A DNA stretch of 64,000 nt, taken from positions 37,210,248 to 37,274,247 of the forward strand of contig NC_052163.1 of NCBI RefSeq assembly GCF_902713615.1, read 5' to 3'. The position numbers and the translations under genes were made by a program. Positions 21,235-35,300 of the stretch are shown piece after piece. This DNA is from Scyliorhinus canicula. Its lineage: Eukaryota. The notes beneath the pieces were generated by a model. It worked only from the letters and a program-made list of their open reading frames with translations, ran no database searches and was not told where the DNA came from. Position 1 is the stretch's first letter, and each line of letters opens with the position of its first letter.

Positions 21235-22328
21235 AATAACAGGAACACCGACAACATTCACAACGGAGTTGCAAAATCAATATCACCACGACAACAACAA
21301 CAAAAGAAAAAACTCTGAACAAATTCATCAAGTTTGGACTCATACGTGTTTTTATTAAGATTGGACTCATAAATATAAATTGGCTTTGTAAAATATGCAA
21401 TAGCACCATCACCTGTATAGATACACATATCACAAGTAACTGTTTTGTCCAATTTTCTTTAACGATGTACAGAAAATATGTACAGAAAATATGTAAAGAA
21501 AAAAAGGGGGGTGTGGTGATCTTAGATCTGAGTAGATACAATACAACTGAGCAAGCATTAGAGGGAGCACGGGAGAGCTATATATACACAGGGACAGGAA
21601 GTGACGACACACTTCACGGAAGGCAGAACTCATAGCAGGACACAGACACACAGGAAGGCAGCATTTGAGGTAGCCATAAGTTAAGCTCTGAAGAGAGAAC
21701 GAATTCACAATAAAGCATCTTCTCCAACTTTGAGACTACGAGCTTTATTAAGACACGAGGAACAACACACCTGCAACCATATAAAAGTAGTTCCACTTTG
21801 TGGATGTGATACACAAACCGCACATGTGGCCATCTTTGAATGTTTGCTGATTAGTTGGTCTCCGTATGGACAACAGTACGAACCCTACAGATGGCCTTCG
21901 GAAAGAAAGGAAGCAAAAACAGTTTTGTAAATCCTGCTGCCAATGCAATGCTGCCAGCCTCTGCTGGAGCATCACAACATTAGCTGCTGGATCGGGATAT
22001 TTTGATCCTAAGCTGCATGGTCTCTGCCAAAGAAGGTTTCTCCCAGGTGTCGTCTGTAACCATTTTAAATCACACAAGAAACCTTATCGGCCCTACATAC
22101 TCAAGCATTGCACTGGCATTATGTAGTTTCTCGCATGAAGACTCCGTACGATGAACAATGAATATCTCTATAAACCCGTTAGATATTTATATAATAATCT
22201 TTATTGGTACAAGTAGGCTTACATTAACGTTGCAATATAAACTAAGTTACGCTTCTCTACACACTGACACTGAAAGAAAAGCTAGTATCTGGGAACATAG
22301 GTATGTACTATTTAAGGGCTAACGTAGA

Positions 22329-22630
22329 TCATAAAGTTCCTGCAGTGCAGAATGAGACCATTCGGCCCATCACATCTGCATCGACCCTCTGAAAGAGAAC
22401 CCTACCCAGGCCCACACCCCCACCCTATTCTCGTAACCCCACCTAACCTTTGGACTGTGGGAGGAAAGTGGAGCACCCGGAGGAAACCCACACAGACACT
22501 GGAAGGAAGTGCAGGCTTCACACGATCACCCAAGGTCAGAAATCAAACCTGGATCCTGGTTTTTAGGATTAACACATATGACAAAGTGCTGTGAGGCAGC
22601 AGTGCTAACAACTGCACCACCGTGTCACCC
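22329..22630 (-). mobile_element. tRNA-derived SINE downstream of the CD7-like stop codon
   Basis: Reverse complement gggtgacacggtggtgcagttgttagcactgctgcctcacagc...ctccgggtgctccactttcctcccacagtcc. Confidence 0.8.
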
Positions 22631-23224
22631 ATTGATTGGCTTCTCACCATGCTTCCTGATATCATTCCTGTTGGGACACTGAGGATCTCCTTTTCATGGT
22701 GACAGACTTGACCTTTCCATCGAGAAGGGAAATCTATATATGTTACTTGAAGCTGATTAAGGATCCTTGTGCTTTTAACAATTGGCATTGAAGAAATATC
22801 AGACATTCCTCACAGGCATGAACATCTTGTTGTGACCCTTCACTACAAAAGTGTGGAGGCTCCTGGCAACAGGAGTCACTTAAAGGCAGCGAGAGCAGGA
22901 AAGAGGGGGGAGAAATGGAATTTCTGAATGAGATATCAGAGCTGTACAAACAATATTTGTCCCCCACCCCATGCAAATGGTGTGCTGTTCTACCACAATA
23001 TATCTGTGACATGTAAAAATGAGCAGCTTCTGCTCAGCAGGCACCACTCACAGATAAAACTTGTTTTTACATTAATAAATTCTTGCATTGCATACAAAGA
23101 GTTGTGAAAAGTTAAGAATTTTGTGATTGCGTTGATATACTTTTATCGAATAGCAAAAGCACACAATTGTCCACGCTCCAGGTTGATGTGTCTTGCAATG
23201 AAATTAACATAATTCATCTGAGAA

Positions 23225-23332
23225 TCAACGCCCCATACTTTGTGTTCGTACCAGGTTCATATCTTCATACACTGAGTTTGGAGCTCTTGCACGGTTTGGC
23301 TGTGACTTCTTACGGCGGCAGACTTTCCTTGT
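23225..23332 (-). CDS. CD7: CD7-like exon 4 (cytoplasmic tail with YEDM motif, stop)
   Basis: Acceptor tttttattctttag|ACAAGG; 108 nt, phase 0; basic juxtamembrane stretch, SVYEDM, TGA at 23227-23225. Confidence 0.88.
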   Translation of the reverse strand, partial: TRKVCRRKKSQPNRARAPNSVYEDMNLVRTQSMGR

Positions 23333-26300
23333 CTAAAGAATAAAAACTATTTTAGAAAAGCACATTCCTTTGAATTATTGTTTCAATTTTCAACTCTGGA
23401 CCCAAGAGAAACTGGAGGGTCCCAGAAATGTTCTTTCAGCATTGACTCTACTATAACTGTTGGTGTATTCTATTTTCATAGTGAAAGGCAGTCTCTGCAT
23501 TGTTTGCCATTGCATAGCTACCACTGCCTTCCTGAAGTTACAGGGAGTCCCCAGAAATTTCTATCTGGAGGGTGTCCCCAAGACATAAATGTTTGAGAAT
23601 CACACAATTACACAACTACCCAAAATGACATAAGGAGTTGCAGAAGGCAGGATGAGCGTGTGGTTGAGGATGCTCTCTCGCCTCCTCCCCTGCATGCACT
23701 AACCAGAAACCAATAAGCTTCTGAGGAGAGGGGAATTGATGAACTTATGTTCCCGAGCTGCAAAATGCTTAGACCTCATTTTATGTCCCTGGAGTCTTCA
23801 ACCTTCAGCAATGGAGTTCAGCAGAAGGTCTGATCCTGGGTTCAGCAGTACAGGGGCAAACATGCTGTTGGGTTTGTACTATAGGCCCCCAAACAGTCTG
23901 GGAGAGATAGAGGATCAAATAAGTATTAAAATTTCAGAAATGTGTAGGAATGATAAGGCAGTAATAGTAGGGGATTTTAACTAACCAAATATTAACTTGG
24001 ATAGTGTTTGTGGGCAAGGTCGGGAACAAAGTTCTTAGATTGCACCCAGGAGAACTTTTTAGTTCATAGAAAGCCCACCATTGGAGGGGGAAATTCTGCA
24101 TCTGATGTTCAGAAATGAGCCCAGGCAGGTAGAAGGCGTAGCAGTAGGTGAGAAGTTTGGAGGTAGTGACCATAATTCTGTTATATTTAGGATAGTTATG
24201 GAAAAGGATAAAGATGGGGTGGGAATAAATATTCTTAACTGATGAAAGGCTAATTTTACTAAGATAAGATACAATTTGGCCCAAGTGGACTGGGAGTAGC
24301 TACTTGCAGATAAAACTGTGTCAGAGCAGTGGGAGGCCTTCAAGGAGAAGATAGTGACAGTACAGGGCAAATATGTTCCCGTTAAGGCAAAAAGTGGGAT
24401 CAAGAACAGAGAACTCTGAATGTCAAGAGACATAAAGGTCAGGATTAAGAGGATAAAGAAGCTTTTGGCAGATACCGAGGGCTCAATGTGGTAGAGTCCC
24501 TGGGTGGGATTCTCCCCTAACCAGCGGGGAGGGCCGTACCTGCGCCAAGGAGTGGCGTGAATCCTCCGGGATTGGCGCTGCGCCAAACGGCGCCAAGGGG
24601 CCTCCACTGGCCGGCGCGAGTTGACGCATGCGCGGGAGCGCCAGCATGTGCTGGCGCCATCCTAGCGCATACACAGTGGGCTTCTCCCCCGCGCCGGCTA
24701 TGCTGGACCGTTACACCGGACGGCGCGGAGGGAAAGAGTGCCCCCTACAGCACAGGCCTACCCACGGAATGTGCAGGGGGTAACATAAAAAGAATATTAG
24801 GAAAGCTAAGAGAGTGCATGAAAAAGCTTTGAAGTGTAAAGTAAAGGAAAACCCAAAGGTGTTTTTTTAAATATATAGAGCAAGAGAATAACTAGGGAAA
24901 GAATATGACAAATTAGGGATCGTTTCACTAATCTGAAAGACGAGGGTACAGTCCTGAATTAATATTTTGCGTCAGGCGTCACAATGAAAAGGGACAACGC
25001 AGGTATAGGCATCAGGTTGGAGGACTGTGAATTATTAGCAGAAATTAACATTGAGAGAGAGTAGGTTCCAGCAGATTTAGCGGCCTTAGAAGTGGATAAA
25101 TCTGCAGGCCCAGATGCGATGTATCCCAGGCTTTTGAGAGAGGCAAGGGAGGAGATATCAGAAGAACTGGTAATTTTCAAATCTTTTCTGGCCACAAGTG
25201 AGGTGCCAGAGGACTGATGGACTGCTAAGATTGCTCCATTATCAAAACAGGGAGATAGGGATAGACCAGGGAGTTATAGGCCAGTCAGTCTAACCTCAGT
25301 GCTGGGGAAATTGGAAAGAATTCTCTGAGGGTCTGAATAATTCTGCATTTAGATAGACATGGATTAATCGGGGATAGCTAGCATGGATTTGTTAAAGGAA
25401 AGCCGGCTTTGACAAATGTAATCAAATAGTTTGAGGAGGTTAGGACAGTTGATGAGGGTAATGCATTTGATGTGGTCTATATGGAGGTTAGCAAAGCTTT
25501 TGATAAGGTCCCTCATGTCAAACTGGTCAATAAAGTAAGTTCCATGGGTTCCAAGGCAAAGTGACACATTGCATCCAAAATTATCTGAGAGGCAAGAAGC
25601 AGAAGGTGATGGTAGATGGATGTTCCTATTACTGGAAGTCTGTTTCCAGTGGGGTCCCACAGAGCTCAGTGCTGGGGCCCTTGCAATTGGTGGTGTACAT
25701 TAATGATTTGGGCTTAACTGTAAGGGATATGATCAAGAAGTTTGCAGATGACGCGAAAACTGGTAGTGTAGTAAATAGTGAAGAGGATAATGCTAGACTG
25801 TCAACGGAGGGACTGGCCAGGTGGGCAAAGCAGTTGCAAATGGAAGTGTGAGGTAATATAATTGGAGATGGCCAACATGGCAAAGGATTTTACATTATGA
25901 ATGGTAGGACCCTGGAAAGTACTGAAGATTGGCGAGATTTTAGGGTTCATATCCACAGATCCCTGAATGTGGCAGGGCAGGTACATAAGATGTTTAAGAA
26001 GGCATATGGGATACTTATAATAATAATAATCGCCTATTGTCACAAGTAGGCTTCAATAAAGTTACTGTGAAAAGCCCCTAGTTGCCATATTCCAGTGCCT
26101 GTTCGGGGAGGCCGGTACGCTGCCTTTATTCGCTGAGGCAACAAAATACAAGAGCAGGGGTGTGGTGCTGGAACTGTATAAAACGCTGGTTCGGCCGCAA
26201 CTGAGTACTGCAGACAGTTCTGGTCACCAGATTATAGGATGGATGTGATTTCATTGGAGATGATGCAGAGGAGATTTGCCAGGATGCTGTCAGGGCTGGA

Positions 26301-29300
26301 GGGTCTGAGCTTTGCGGAAAGATTGAATAGGCAGGGGCTGTTTTCTTTGGAGCAGTGAAGGTTGACAGGGGTCCTGATAAAGGTGTCTAAGTTTATGAAG
26401 GGCATAGTTAGGGTGGATAGGAAGGCACTTTCCCTTCATTTTCAAGGCCTTGAAGTAATTAGTTCGAATTTTGTGTAAGGCTAATAAATCCAGGTTTGTT
26501 TCTATTCTCCCCCACCCAGCTACATGTTTCTTGGTGGTGGCAGGCAACGTGTCGTTCGCTGGTGGCGGGATTCTATGTTCCCGCTGCTGCCAATGGGAAT
26601 TCCCATTGAAGCCATCCCACTTCATGGGAAATCCATGGGCGGGGGCGTCCTGTCACAGAATCCCGCTGTCAGCGAACGGCTGGAGAATTCCAACCCTGAT
26701 TTCATGCGGGTTAGATTCATTTTCTAATCCCATCTCTCGCTTCAAGACGAGGGCGGTTCGAAGGCAAACAAAGATTTGAACAGCCCAGGAACGTTTTGAT
26801 TAATATGTATCAGGCTTGCCGAGCATACATGTCTCAGGCAGGAATGAGGTACAGCGGACTTTAAAACATACACTAATAACCATTTTCAAATAAATGGTAA
26901 ATTTCATGCAACGTATGATTTCACCAACTTCACATGTTTGATAATTGAATAATTGTTTTGCGGCACTATTTGAATTTATTTTCATTTCATTTGTTTCATT
27001 TTCATTCTTTAATGTCTATAAAGTGGAAAAAATATTTGTTGGAAAGAAGTTAGGAACTTACACGCCAAAATAATAGAACTATTGCACAAAGAATGGCAAC
27101 TATTGCAGAAACAATCACACCAATTACTATTGGATCCTTATAAGAAACTTCTTTGCAGTGTCTTGTTTCTGCACAACCATCTGCACAGCTTTTCATATTG
27201 GACTCTGAAAAGATATAAAACATATTTTGACAAAAGGTTTGCACATTTTATATCTCCACATTGTCATGAAATTATTTTCATTTTCTATAATCTTCTTTTA
27301 CTCCGAACTGAAAATAAGAATGAAATGCAGAAGGCAGAATATGTTATGCCACTGATTAGAACACATCGTACCTTGTTTATTATTTGCTCAAACAATGTGA
27401 GTGTCCCTGGCCAGGCCAGCATTTGTTGCTCAATCCTGATTTCCCTTGAGAAGTTGGTGGTGACCACTTTTCTTGAACCCCTGCAGCTCATGTGGTGTAG
27501 GTACACCTGCAGTGCTGTTTGGAAAGGAATTCCGGGTTTTTCACGCAGCAACAATGAAGGAACACTGACATAATTCCAAGTCAGGATGGTGTATGGTTTG
27601 CAATGGAACCTGAAGATGGTGGATGGGATGTATAAGCTGTCCTTGTCCTTCTACATTTTGTAAAGCTGTGACTTTGGGAGTATGCAGTTAAAGGAGGTTT
27701 GATAATTTGCTGTAAATAGTACACACTGCTGACACTGTGTGTCAGTGATGGAGGGACTGAAGACCTTAAGGCTGTGAATGAGATATCAATCACACTGGTT
27801 GCTTTTTCTGGGATCGTGTAAAGCTTCTTATTTGGAACTGTACACATCCAAGCAAAGGGAGAGTATTGTGTCTCCTAAATTTTACCTTGTCGATGGTGAT
27901 CAGGCTTTGGGAGTCACAAAATGAGTTACTTGCTGTGCTGTTGCTAAATTCAGGATGGTTGGCGTAGTGTTCACAAAGACCACAAAATAGCTTTAACTTG
28001 AACAAAGCTATAAATTTATTAATACTACTAATTTGGATTTGATACTTACTCCTATATAATACACACTTGAGTGTGTAGGTAAGGGTCCTACTCTGATTTA
28101 CGCCGACGGGACCGGCTACAGGCGGGCGGGACTTCGGCCCATTGCAGGCCGGAGAATTCGGGCGGTCCCGGTGCCCATTGAGTCACGCCGGTCCCGCCAT
28201 TCTCCGAGGCGGGCGGCGCGACTCACGCCGGGCCGGTTTTTGGGGGGGGACGGGAGAATTGGGAGGAAGGCGGGGGCAGGATTCACGCCGACCCCGGCGA
28301 TTCTCCCACCCGGCGGGGGGGTCGGAGAATCCCGCCCATGGCTAAAAAGGTGCAGACCAAAGCCACTTAATGTTGTAGGGTTGGATATTTGATACACATT
28401 TTTGGAGATTGTACAGAAAAAATTGTAAACCTGTTTTGTTTATAACTGAGTGATTGTGCTCTGATTATTTTCAAAGAAGTCTAAGCCCTGACTTAAAGAA
28501 GAAAGGCTGAAACTATTTTACAAGGGTAGATCTTCCAGGTATATTTATAGGCTAAGTCCAAACATGCTCAGGCATGTTCCATCCAAGAATGCTATGGCGC
28601 TAGCTGAGGGAATTAGAAATTCCCTCACTGATACTTTTCAAACTTCTTGGGCATTGGGTAATATCTCAATACATCAAACATACAGAAAGCGACTTTATTC
28701 TTTAGAAAGATTCCAGGGTAAAATCCTAAATATTACTGCTCAGTATTTTGAGGTACGTATTGGAGATGTTGATGAGGGGTAGCAAAAGGGATCATTTAGA
28801 TGGGTAGGCCAAAGCGAAACAGCATGAGCCTAAAAGAGACGGTTCATGGCTGACCAATTCCCTGGACTTTCTTGAGAAAGTTTGATCTTGTGGATAAGGT
28901 TGGAGGCATTGCATTTATTAATCATCTGGACTTCTGTAATTGATGCACAGAAGTAGCTGATTGATAAGTTATGTGCCCCTATTAGGCAAACTTTGTCCAT
29001 GATTTAGAGTAAACAGCAAAGGGCGGGGAGATGATAAAGTTGGTCATTGGTAAAGCCCCACATGGGTTGGTATTGAGATTGCTGTGTTTTCAATTGTTGT
29101 CAAACATTCCTCTCAATGATCTATAAGATTATTAGTGCTGGGTGACATCACATCGGGGCTGAGCCAATCATGCTGGCCAACATGCAACAAGTGAACAAGA
29201 TCTCAGCAGCTTTGGTCAAGTGATGGATGGAATTCAACATGACTAAATGTCTAGTTATGAGACGAGGCAGAGGAAACAGGTGGTGGAATTCTCCGTCACC

Positions 29301-32300
29301 TTATCCGGGCGGAAACCAGCCTACCCCCCCCTCCGAATCCCTACTTCTGGATGATCTCCCAAGAAGCCACCTGCCACCTTAGCTGGTGAGTCAAGAGATG
29401 GCTGGCCTTCTCCCCATACTCATACGACACATTGCTCAACCGCCTCAGCTGGTGCACCATCCAATCCATAGACAGAAGGCCAAACTGCATTTGCCTTGTA
29501 TGATATGATCTCCCCTCTAATCACCACCTTCAACACCTCCCACAGAATAGAGGGTGAGACCATCCCATTCGCATTGAACTCCACATATTCCCCTCCGGCT
29601 CTTGAAACTTTCCTGCAAAGTCCCATATCCGACAATAGCCCAATATCCAACCTCCATCCTATGCTCTACATCCGGCTCGCCTCCAACATTAGATCTACCA
29701 AATGCGGAGCATGGACAGAGGTAACCACAGCCAAATATTCTGCCTTCCTCACCCTGCAGATAAGAGTCTGACCCATTACAAAATAATCTATCCTCGATTG
29801 CATCTTGTGCACAGGGATAAAAATGGGAACTCCTTAACCCCCCCAGAGTGCATAAGCCGTCATGGATCCACACCCCTCATCTCCTTCATGAATCCAAAAA
29901 GCACCTTCGCCATCCCAGAAGGGGCCAACGACTTCAGCTTAGAACAATCCAGCCTTGGGTCTAATTCACAGTTCAAATCCTCCCCCCCCCCCACAAACTG
30001 TGTGGCATGTGGCGCAGTGGTTAGCACTGGGACTGCGGCACTGAAGACCTGGGTTTGAATCCCAGCTCTGGGTCACTATCCTTGTGGAGTTTGCATATTC
30101 TCCTCATGCCTGCATGGGTTTCACCCCCACAACCCAAAGATATGCAGGTCAGGTGGATTGGTCACGCTAAATTTCCCCTTAATTGGAACAAAAAATAATA
30201 AATGGGTACTCTAAATTTATTTATTTTTAAATCCCCCCCACTGCAGAATCAGTTGGTGAATGTGTCGATCCAGTATTGTGGCTATCAGCCGGCTTATAAA
30301 TGTTACATCATCCCAATTCGAGGCATATGCATTTACTAAAAACACTGACTTTCTCTCCAATGTGCCTGCAACCATCATATACTGCCCCCCCCCCCACATC
30401 AACATAGACCTTCTCTGCCTGGAAGCAGATCCTCTTATTGATTAAAATCGCTCCCATCACCCCGGGCCCTGGCTATCAAAGCCTGATTGAAAAACCTGGC
30501 TCCCCCAGGCCTTCCGAAGCCTGGTCTGGTCCTGCTCCTACAAATGAGCCTCCTGTAACAAAACACTTCGGCATTGGCCCCCTAATTCTTTAAGTGAGAG
30601 AAAACCCTCGCCCTTTTCACAGGCCCCCCTGACGTCTTGCACATTCCAGGTGACTAGCCTTGTCGGGGGTCTCTCACACACCCTCCCCCCCATCCCCCCC
30701 ACACCCCCACCTTCGAGTCAGCCATTACCACTGTGATGAATCATCCCTTCATTGTAAATTCCTAGGTCCTAGCCCCACCTGAGGATGAGTCAAAGAAAAT
30801 CCCCTGGTCACTGTTAGCTCTCTCAGACCAGTCCCAGTCCTTTCTCTTTAATGAAGGCCTCTGCCTACTCAGGCATGTCAAAGTCATGCAGCAAAATGCT
30901 CCATCGGCGGGATCCTCAGATCTGCCAGCGCAGCCACACGCACGGCTTGGGGTGGCCATAATGGGAAATCCCATTGGCTGGATGCCGGAATAGAGGATTT
31001 TGCTGCCGGCGAGGGCGTGCCGCACAGGAAAACACGGCTGGTGGACTGGGGAATCCTGCCCATGGTCCTTCGAGCCCATCATGACTCACAGTCTCGCCGG
31101 ATACACTACCCCGAATCAAATTCCTTTGTTATAGGACACCGGCATGGCCTTGTGGAAGGCCGCACAGCTCTTTGCCAGCTCGGTCCCAATGTCTTGGTAG
31201 ACCTGAACTGTGTGTCTGACCTACTCAATATTGCAGTTCTTCTTGGCCCACTTCAGGATTCATTCCTTCCTCTGAAAGCTATGGAAGTGAATAATCACGT
31301 CGTATGGTGGCTCATTCAGCCGTGGCTTCTGCTGGAGTTCCCGATGGGCCCGATCCAATTCTGGAGCAACCTCACCATCCTGAGATTCAATCGCTTTGAC
31401 CTGTTTTCCAAGTCCTCAATTTTTGCCTTCAAGCCCTTGTTGCTCTCTGTCACGAGCAATGAGGTGAGCTGCTCCTCATCTCACGACAAGCCCTTCAATA
31501 TTTCGCCTCCATTCTTCACAGCCTTTGATGTCTTACCCAGCTGCTCTTGGATCGGGCCTCCTCAATGATGGCTTGAAGGATTAATTCAACTCCTTTCCTT
31601 GCTGATCAAAGTGCTTGTCTATTTGTTTCCCGAACTCCTCTAGCTCCTGCACTATCACCACAGCTAGCGTGTCCACCATGATGGGCGCGGCCTCCTCTGC
31701 CATTTTTTCTCCCTCAAGATTCCCTCGCCAGACTAGCAGCCAGGGGTTTCCTTCCAGTGAGCTTTCTTAATGAAATTTTCGACGTGGCTCCATCAACTAA
31801 CCATTACCCAGGTCGGTCAGCTGGGTTTAAACACAAAACTCCCCCGAGAAACGGGCAAAAGGGATTGGAAAAACAAGCACCCTGGTTGGAGCTGCCTTTC
31901 GGACAACTTGTTCTCACATGATGTCACTGGAGAACCCCGAGGGTTATGAATCTTTAGGATTCTCTAGTCCAGAGGGCTACGGATGATCCATTGTTGAATA
32001 CATTTTAAGACTTGAATAGATGGAAAGCGGGCACGAAAATGGATTTACAGCTGAAGATCAGCCATGATCATATTGACTGGTGATGCAGGTACATCGGACC
32101 ATGTGGTCTACTCTAACACCTATTCCTTAGGTCCTTGTGTTCCTTTCTCCCTCTCTTGGTCATCATCGATGCAACTTGCCCTGGCATCACCCAACCTCAA
32201 ACATAGGTTGTCATTTACTCCGAAAGAGGACGATGCAGTGACAACTCACCTCGCCAGCTGGACACTATTTATATGTAGCCATGAATGTGCATGGTCTACG

Positions 32301-35300
32301 TTCTGGCTGACGGGGAACTCAATTTGGAGAGGGGGCTTAATTTGGGAGAGCTAGGGCAGCATGGTGGCGCAGTGGATAGCACCCACAACCCAAAGATGTG
32401 CAGAGTAGGTGGATTGGCCACGTTAAAATTGTCCCTTAATTGGAAAAAAAAGAATTAAGTACTCTAAATTATAAAAATAGATTTGGAGAACTGGCCTTTG
32501 TAGTAGTCACCACTGATGTATATACTGTACATATATATGTGTTTTACGGTAAGGCCCCTGTACTACAGGTACGGGGGTGGATCCCTGCCTGCTGGCTCCG
32601 CTCAGTAGGTGGAGTATAAATATTTGTGCTCCCCGTACAGCAGCCATTTTGTCAGCTGCTGTAGGAGGCCACAGATCTCGGTGTAATGAAGCCTTGATGA
32701 CATTCTACTCTCGTCTTCTCGTAGTTGTGCATCAATTTATTACACTGAGTTTCCAGCGATGGATCTCCACATCAAGCCGGATTGCCTGCAGCTGCATCCT
32801 CAAGCAGACAACGCCAAAAAGGACTTTGAACATTGGCTAGCCTGTCTTGAAGCGCACATTGGGTCTGCGCCAGACTCAATCCCAGAAGCACAGAAGCTCC
32901 AGATTCTGTACACGCAGCTGAGCTCCAACGTCGTTCCCCTCGTCCAGGATGCGTGGACCTACGCAGAAGCCATGGAACTACTGAAGGAAAACTACGCTCA
33001 GCAGACTAACAAAATCTATGCCAGGCATCTCCTCTCCATGCGGCGCCAACTTCCCGGTGAGTCGGTGGAAGATTTCTGGCGTGCCCTGCTCACCCTAGTT
33101 AGAGACTGTGACTGCCAGGCCATTTCGGCCATGGAACACTCGAATTTGCTGATGAGAGACGCATTCATTACGGGCATAGGGTCTGACTACATCCGCCAGC
33201 GCCTCTTAGAAAGGGCCACACTCGACCTCGCGGTGACCAAAAAATTAGCGCTCTCACTTACGGTCGCATCACACAACATTCAGGCCTATGCCCCCCGACC
33301 GCACGGCCCACCACCCCTGTGCATCATGGACCCCGCAGATGGCCACCTCTTCATTGACCCAATCAGCGACCACCCTCAGCCAGCCCCATGCCTGTGCCGC
33401 ACGGCAGCCATCCAGCCAGGGGGGACCCAAATGCTACTTCTGTGGGCAGTCAAAACACCCCCGACAGCGCTGCTGGAGTCCAGCAGGCAAGAGATCTTGT
33501 GCCTGTTGCCCTTCACCTTTGTTGAAGTGGTCGCAAGGTTGTGTGGTCGAGACTGGTCAATCGAGACCTCTGCAAGGCCTGTGGCAAGAAGGGACATTTC
33601 GCTGCAGTGTGCCAGGCCCGCTCAATCGCCACTGTAGTCCCTGCACCACCCACATGCGGCCAGTGGGTGCCGCCATCATCCCCTCCTCGGACCACATGCG
33701 GCCAGTGGGCGCCGCCATCTTGCTCTACTCACAACACTTGCGGCCCGTGGGCATCATCTTGTCTCTCTCAGGACCAATGGGCGCCGCCATCTTGCCTGCC
33801 CTAGGACACGTGCGGCCTGGGCCCCGCCATCTTACCCGCCTCTGGACCCCTGCCCGTCGGGCACCTCATCAGGCCACTCATCGCCTGCAACCGCCGCCGA
33901 CCAGTCGCATCTAGCCTCGGTCACGATTGACCAGTCTCGACCACACAACCTCGCGACCACTTCAACAAAGGTGAAGGGCAACAGGCACAAGATCTCTTGC
34001 CTGCTGGACTCCAGGAGCACTGAGAGCTTCATTCACCCGATACGGTAAGGCACTGCTCCCTCGCGGTACACCCCGCTAACCAGAGAATCTCCCTGGCCTC
34101 CGGATCCCACTCTGTGGTGATCCGGGGGTACTGCATCGCCACCCTCACCGTCCAGGGCATGGAGTTCAGCAGATTCCGCCTCTACGTCCTCCCCAACGTC
34201 TGCGCTGCCTTGCTACTCGGCCTGGACATCCAGTGCAACCTCCAGAGCCTAACCCTGAAATTTGGCGGGCCCCTACCACCCCTTCCCATTTGCGGCCTCG
34301 CGACCCTTAAGATCGATCCGCCTTCCCTTTTTGCAAACCTAACCCCGGATTGCAAACCCATCGCCAGCAGGAGCAGATGGTACAGTGCCCAGGACAGGAC
34401 CTTCATCAAGTCGGAGGTCCAGCGGTTGCTGTGGGAAGGTATCATCAAGGCCAGCAACAGCTCTTGGAGAACCTACGTGGTAGTGGTGAAAACTGGGGAG
34501 AAACACAGGATGGTCGTTGACGACAGTCAGACCATCAATCAGTACACGCAGCTCAACGCGTACTCCCTCCATGCATATCTGATATGGCCAATCAGATTGC
34601 ACAGTACCGGGTCTTCTCGACAGTGGACCTGAAATCTGCCTACCACCAGCTCCCCATCCGTAAGACGGACCACCCATACACAGCGTTCGAAGCAGAAGGC
34701 CGCCTTTACCATTTTCTTAGGGTTCCCTTCGGCGTCACCAACAGTGTCTTGGTCTTCCAACTTGAGATGGACCGAATGGTTGACCGGTACGGACTGCAGG
34801 CCACTTTTCCATACCTGGACAATGTAACCATCTGGGGCCATGACCAGCAGTACCATGACGCCAACCTGTCCAAATTTCTCCACACCACCACTCTCCTCAA
34901 CCTGACTTACAACAAGGAGAAGTGCGTGTTCAGCACGATCCGCTTAGCTATCCTCAGCTATGTGGTCCAGAACGGAGTTCTGGGGCCTGACCCCGATCGC
35001 ATGCGCCCCCTCATGGAACTCCCCCTCCCCCACTGCCCGAAGGCCCTCAACCGATGCCTGGGGTTATTTTCATATTACGCACAGTGGGTCCCAAACTATG
35101 CGGACAAGACCCGCCCACTCATTCAATCCACCATTTTTCCCCTGATGGCCGAGACTCATCAGGCCTTCAACTGTATCAAGGCCAACATCGCCAAGGCCGT
35201 GATGCACGCGGTCGACGAGACGCTGCCTTTCCAAGTCGAGAGCGATGCATCAGATGTCTCTCTGGCTGCCACCCTCAACCAGGCAGCAGGCCCTTGGCAT

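Larger units (their letters stand above)
18772..21769 (+). mobile_element. Non-autonomous LTR retroelement (~3.0 kb)
   Basis: LTRs 18772-19025 and 21512-21769 (TG..CA), 5-bp TSD CCTGC (18767-18771, 21770-21774), PBS TGGTACCAGG at 19026 (tRNA-Leu(UAA) 3' end complement), PPT aaagaaaaaaagggggg; no pol motifs. Confidence 0.93.

Noticed and set aside
31017-31568. 183-aa plus-strand ORF (likewise 4080-4574, 12364-12951, 13664-14161, 19232-19768)
   Set aside because: Antisense shadows of TE coding sequence
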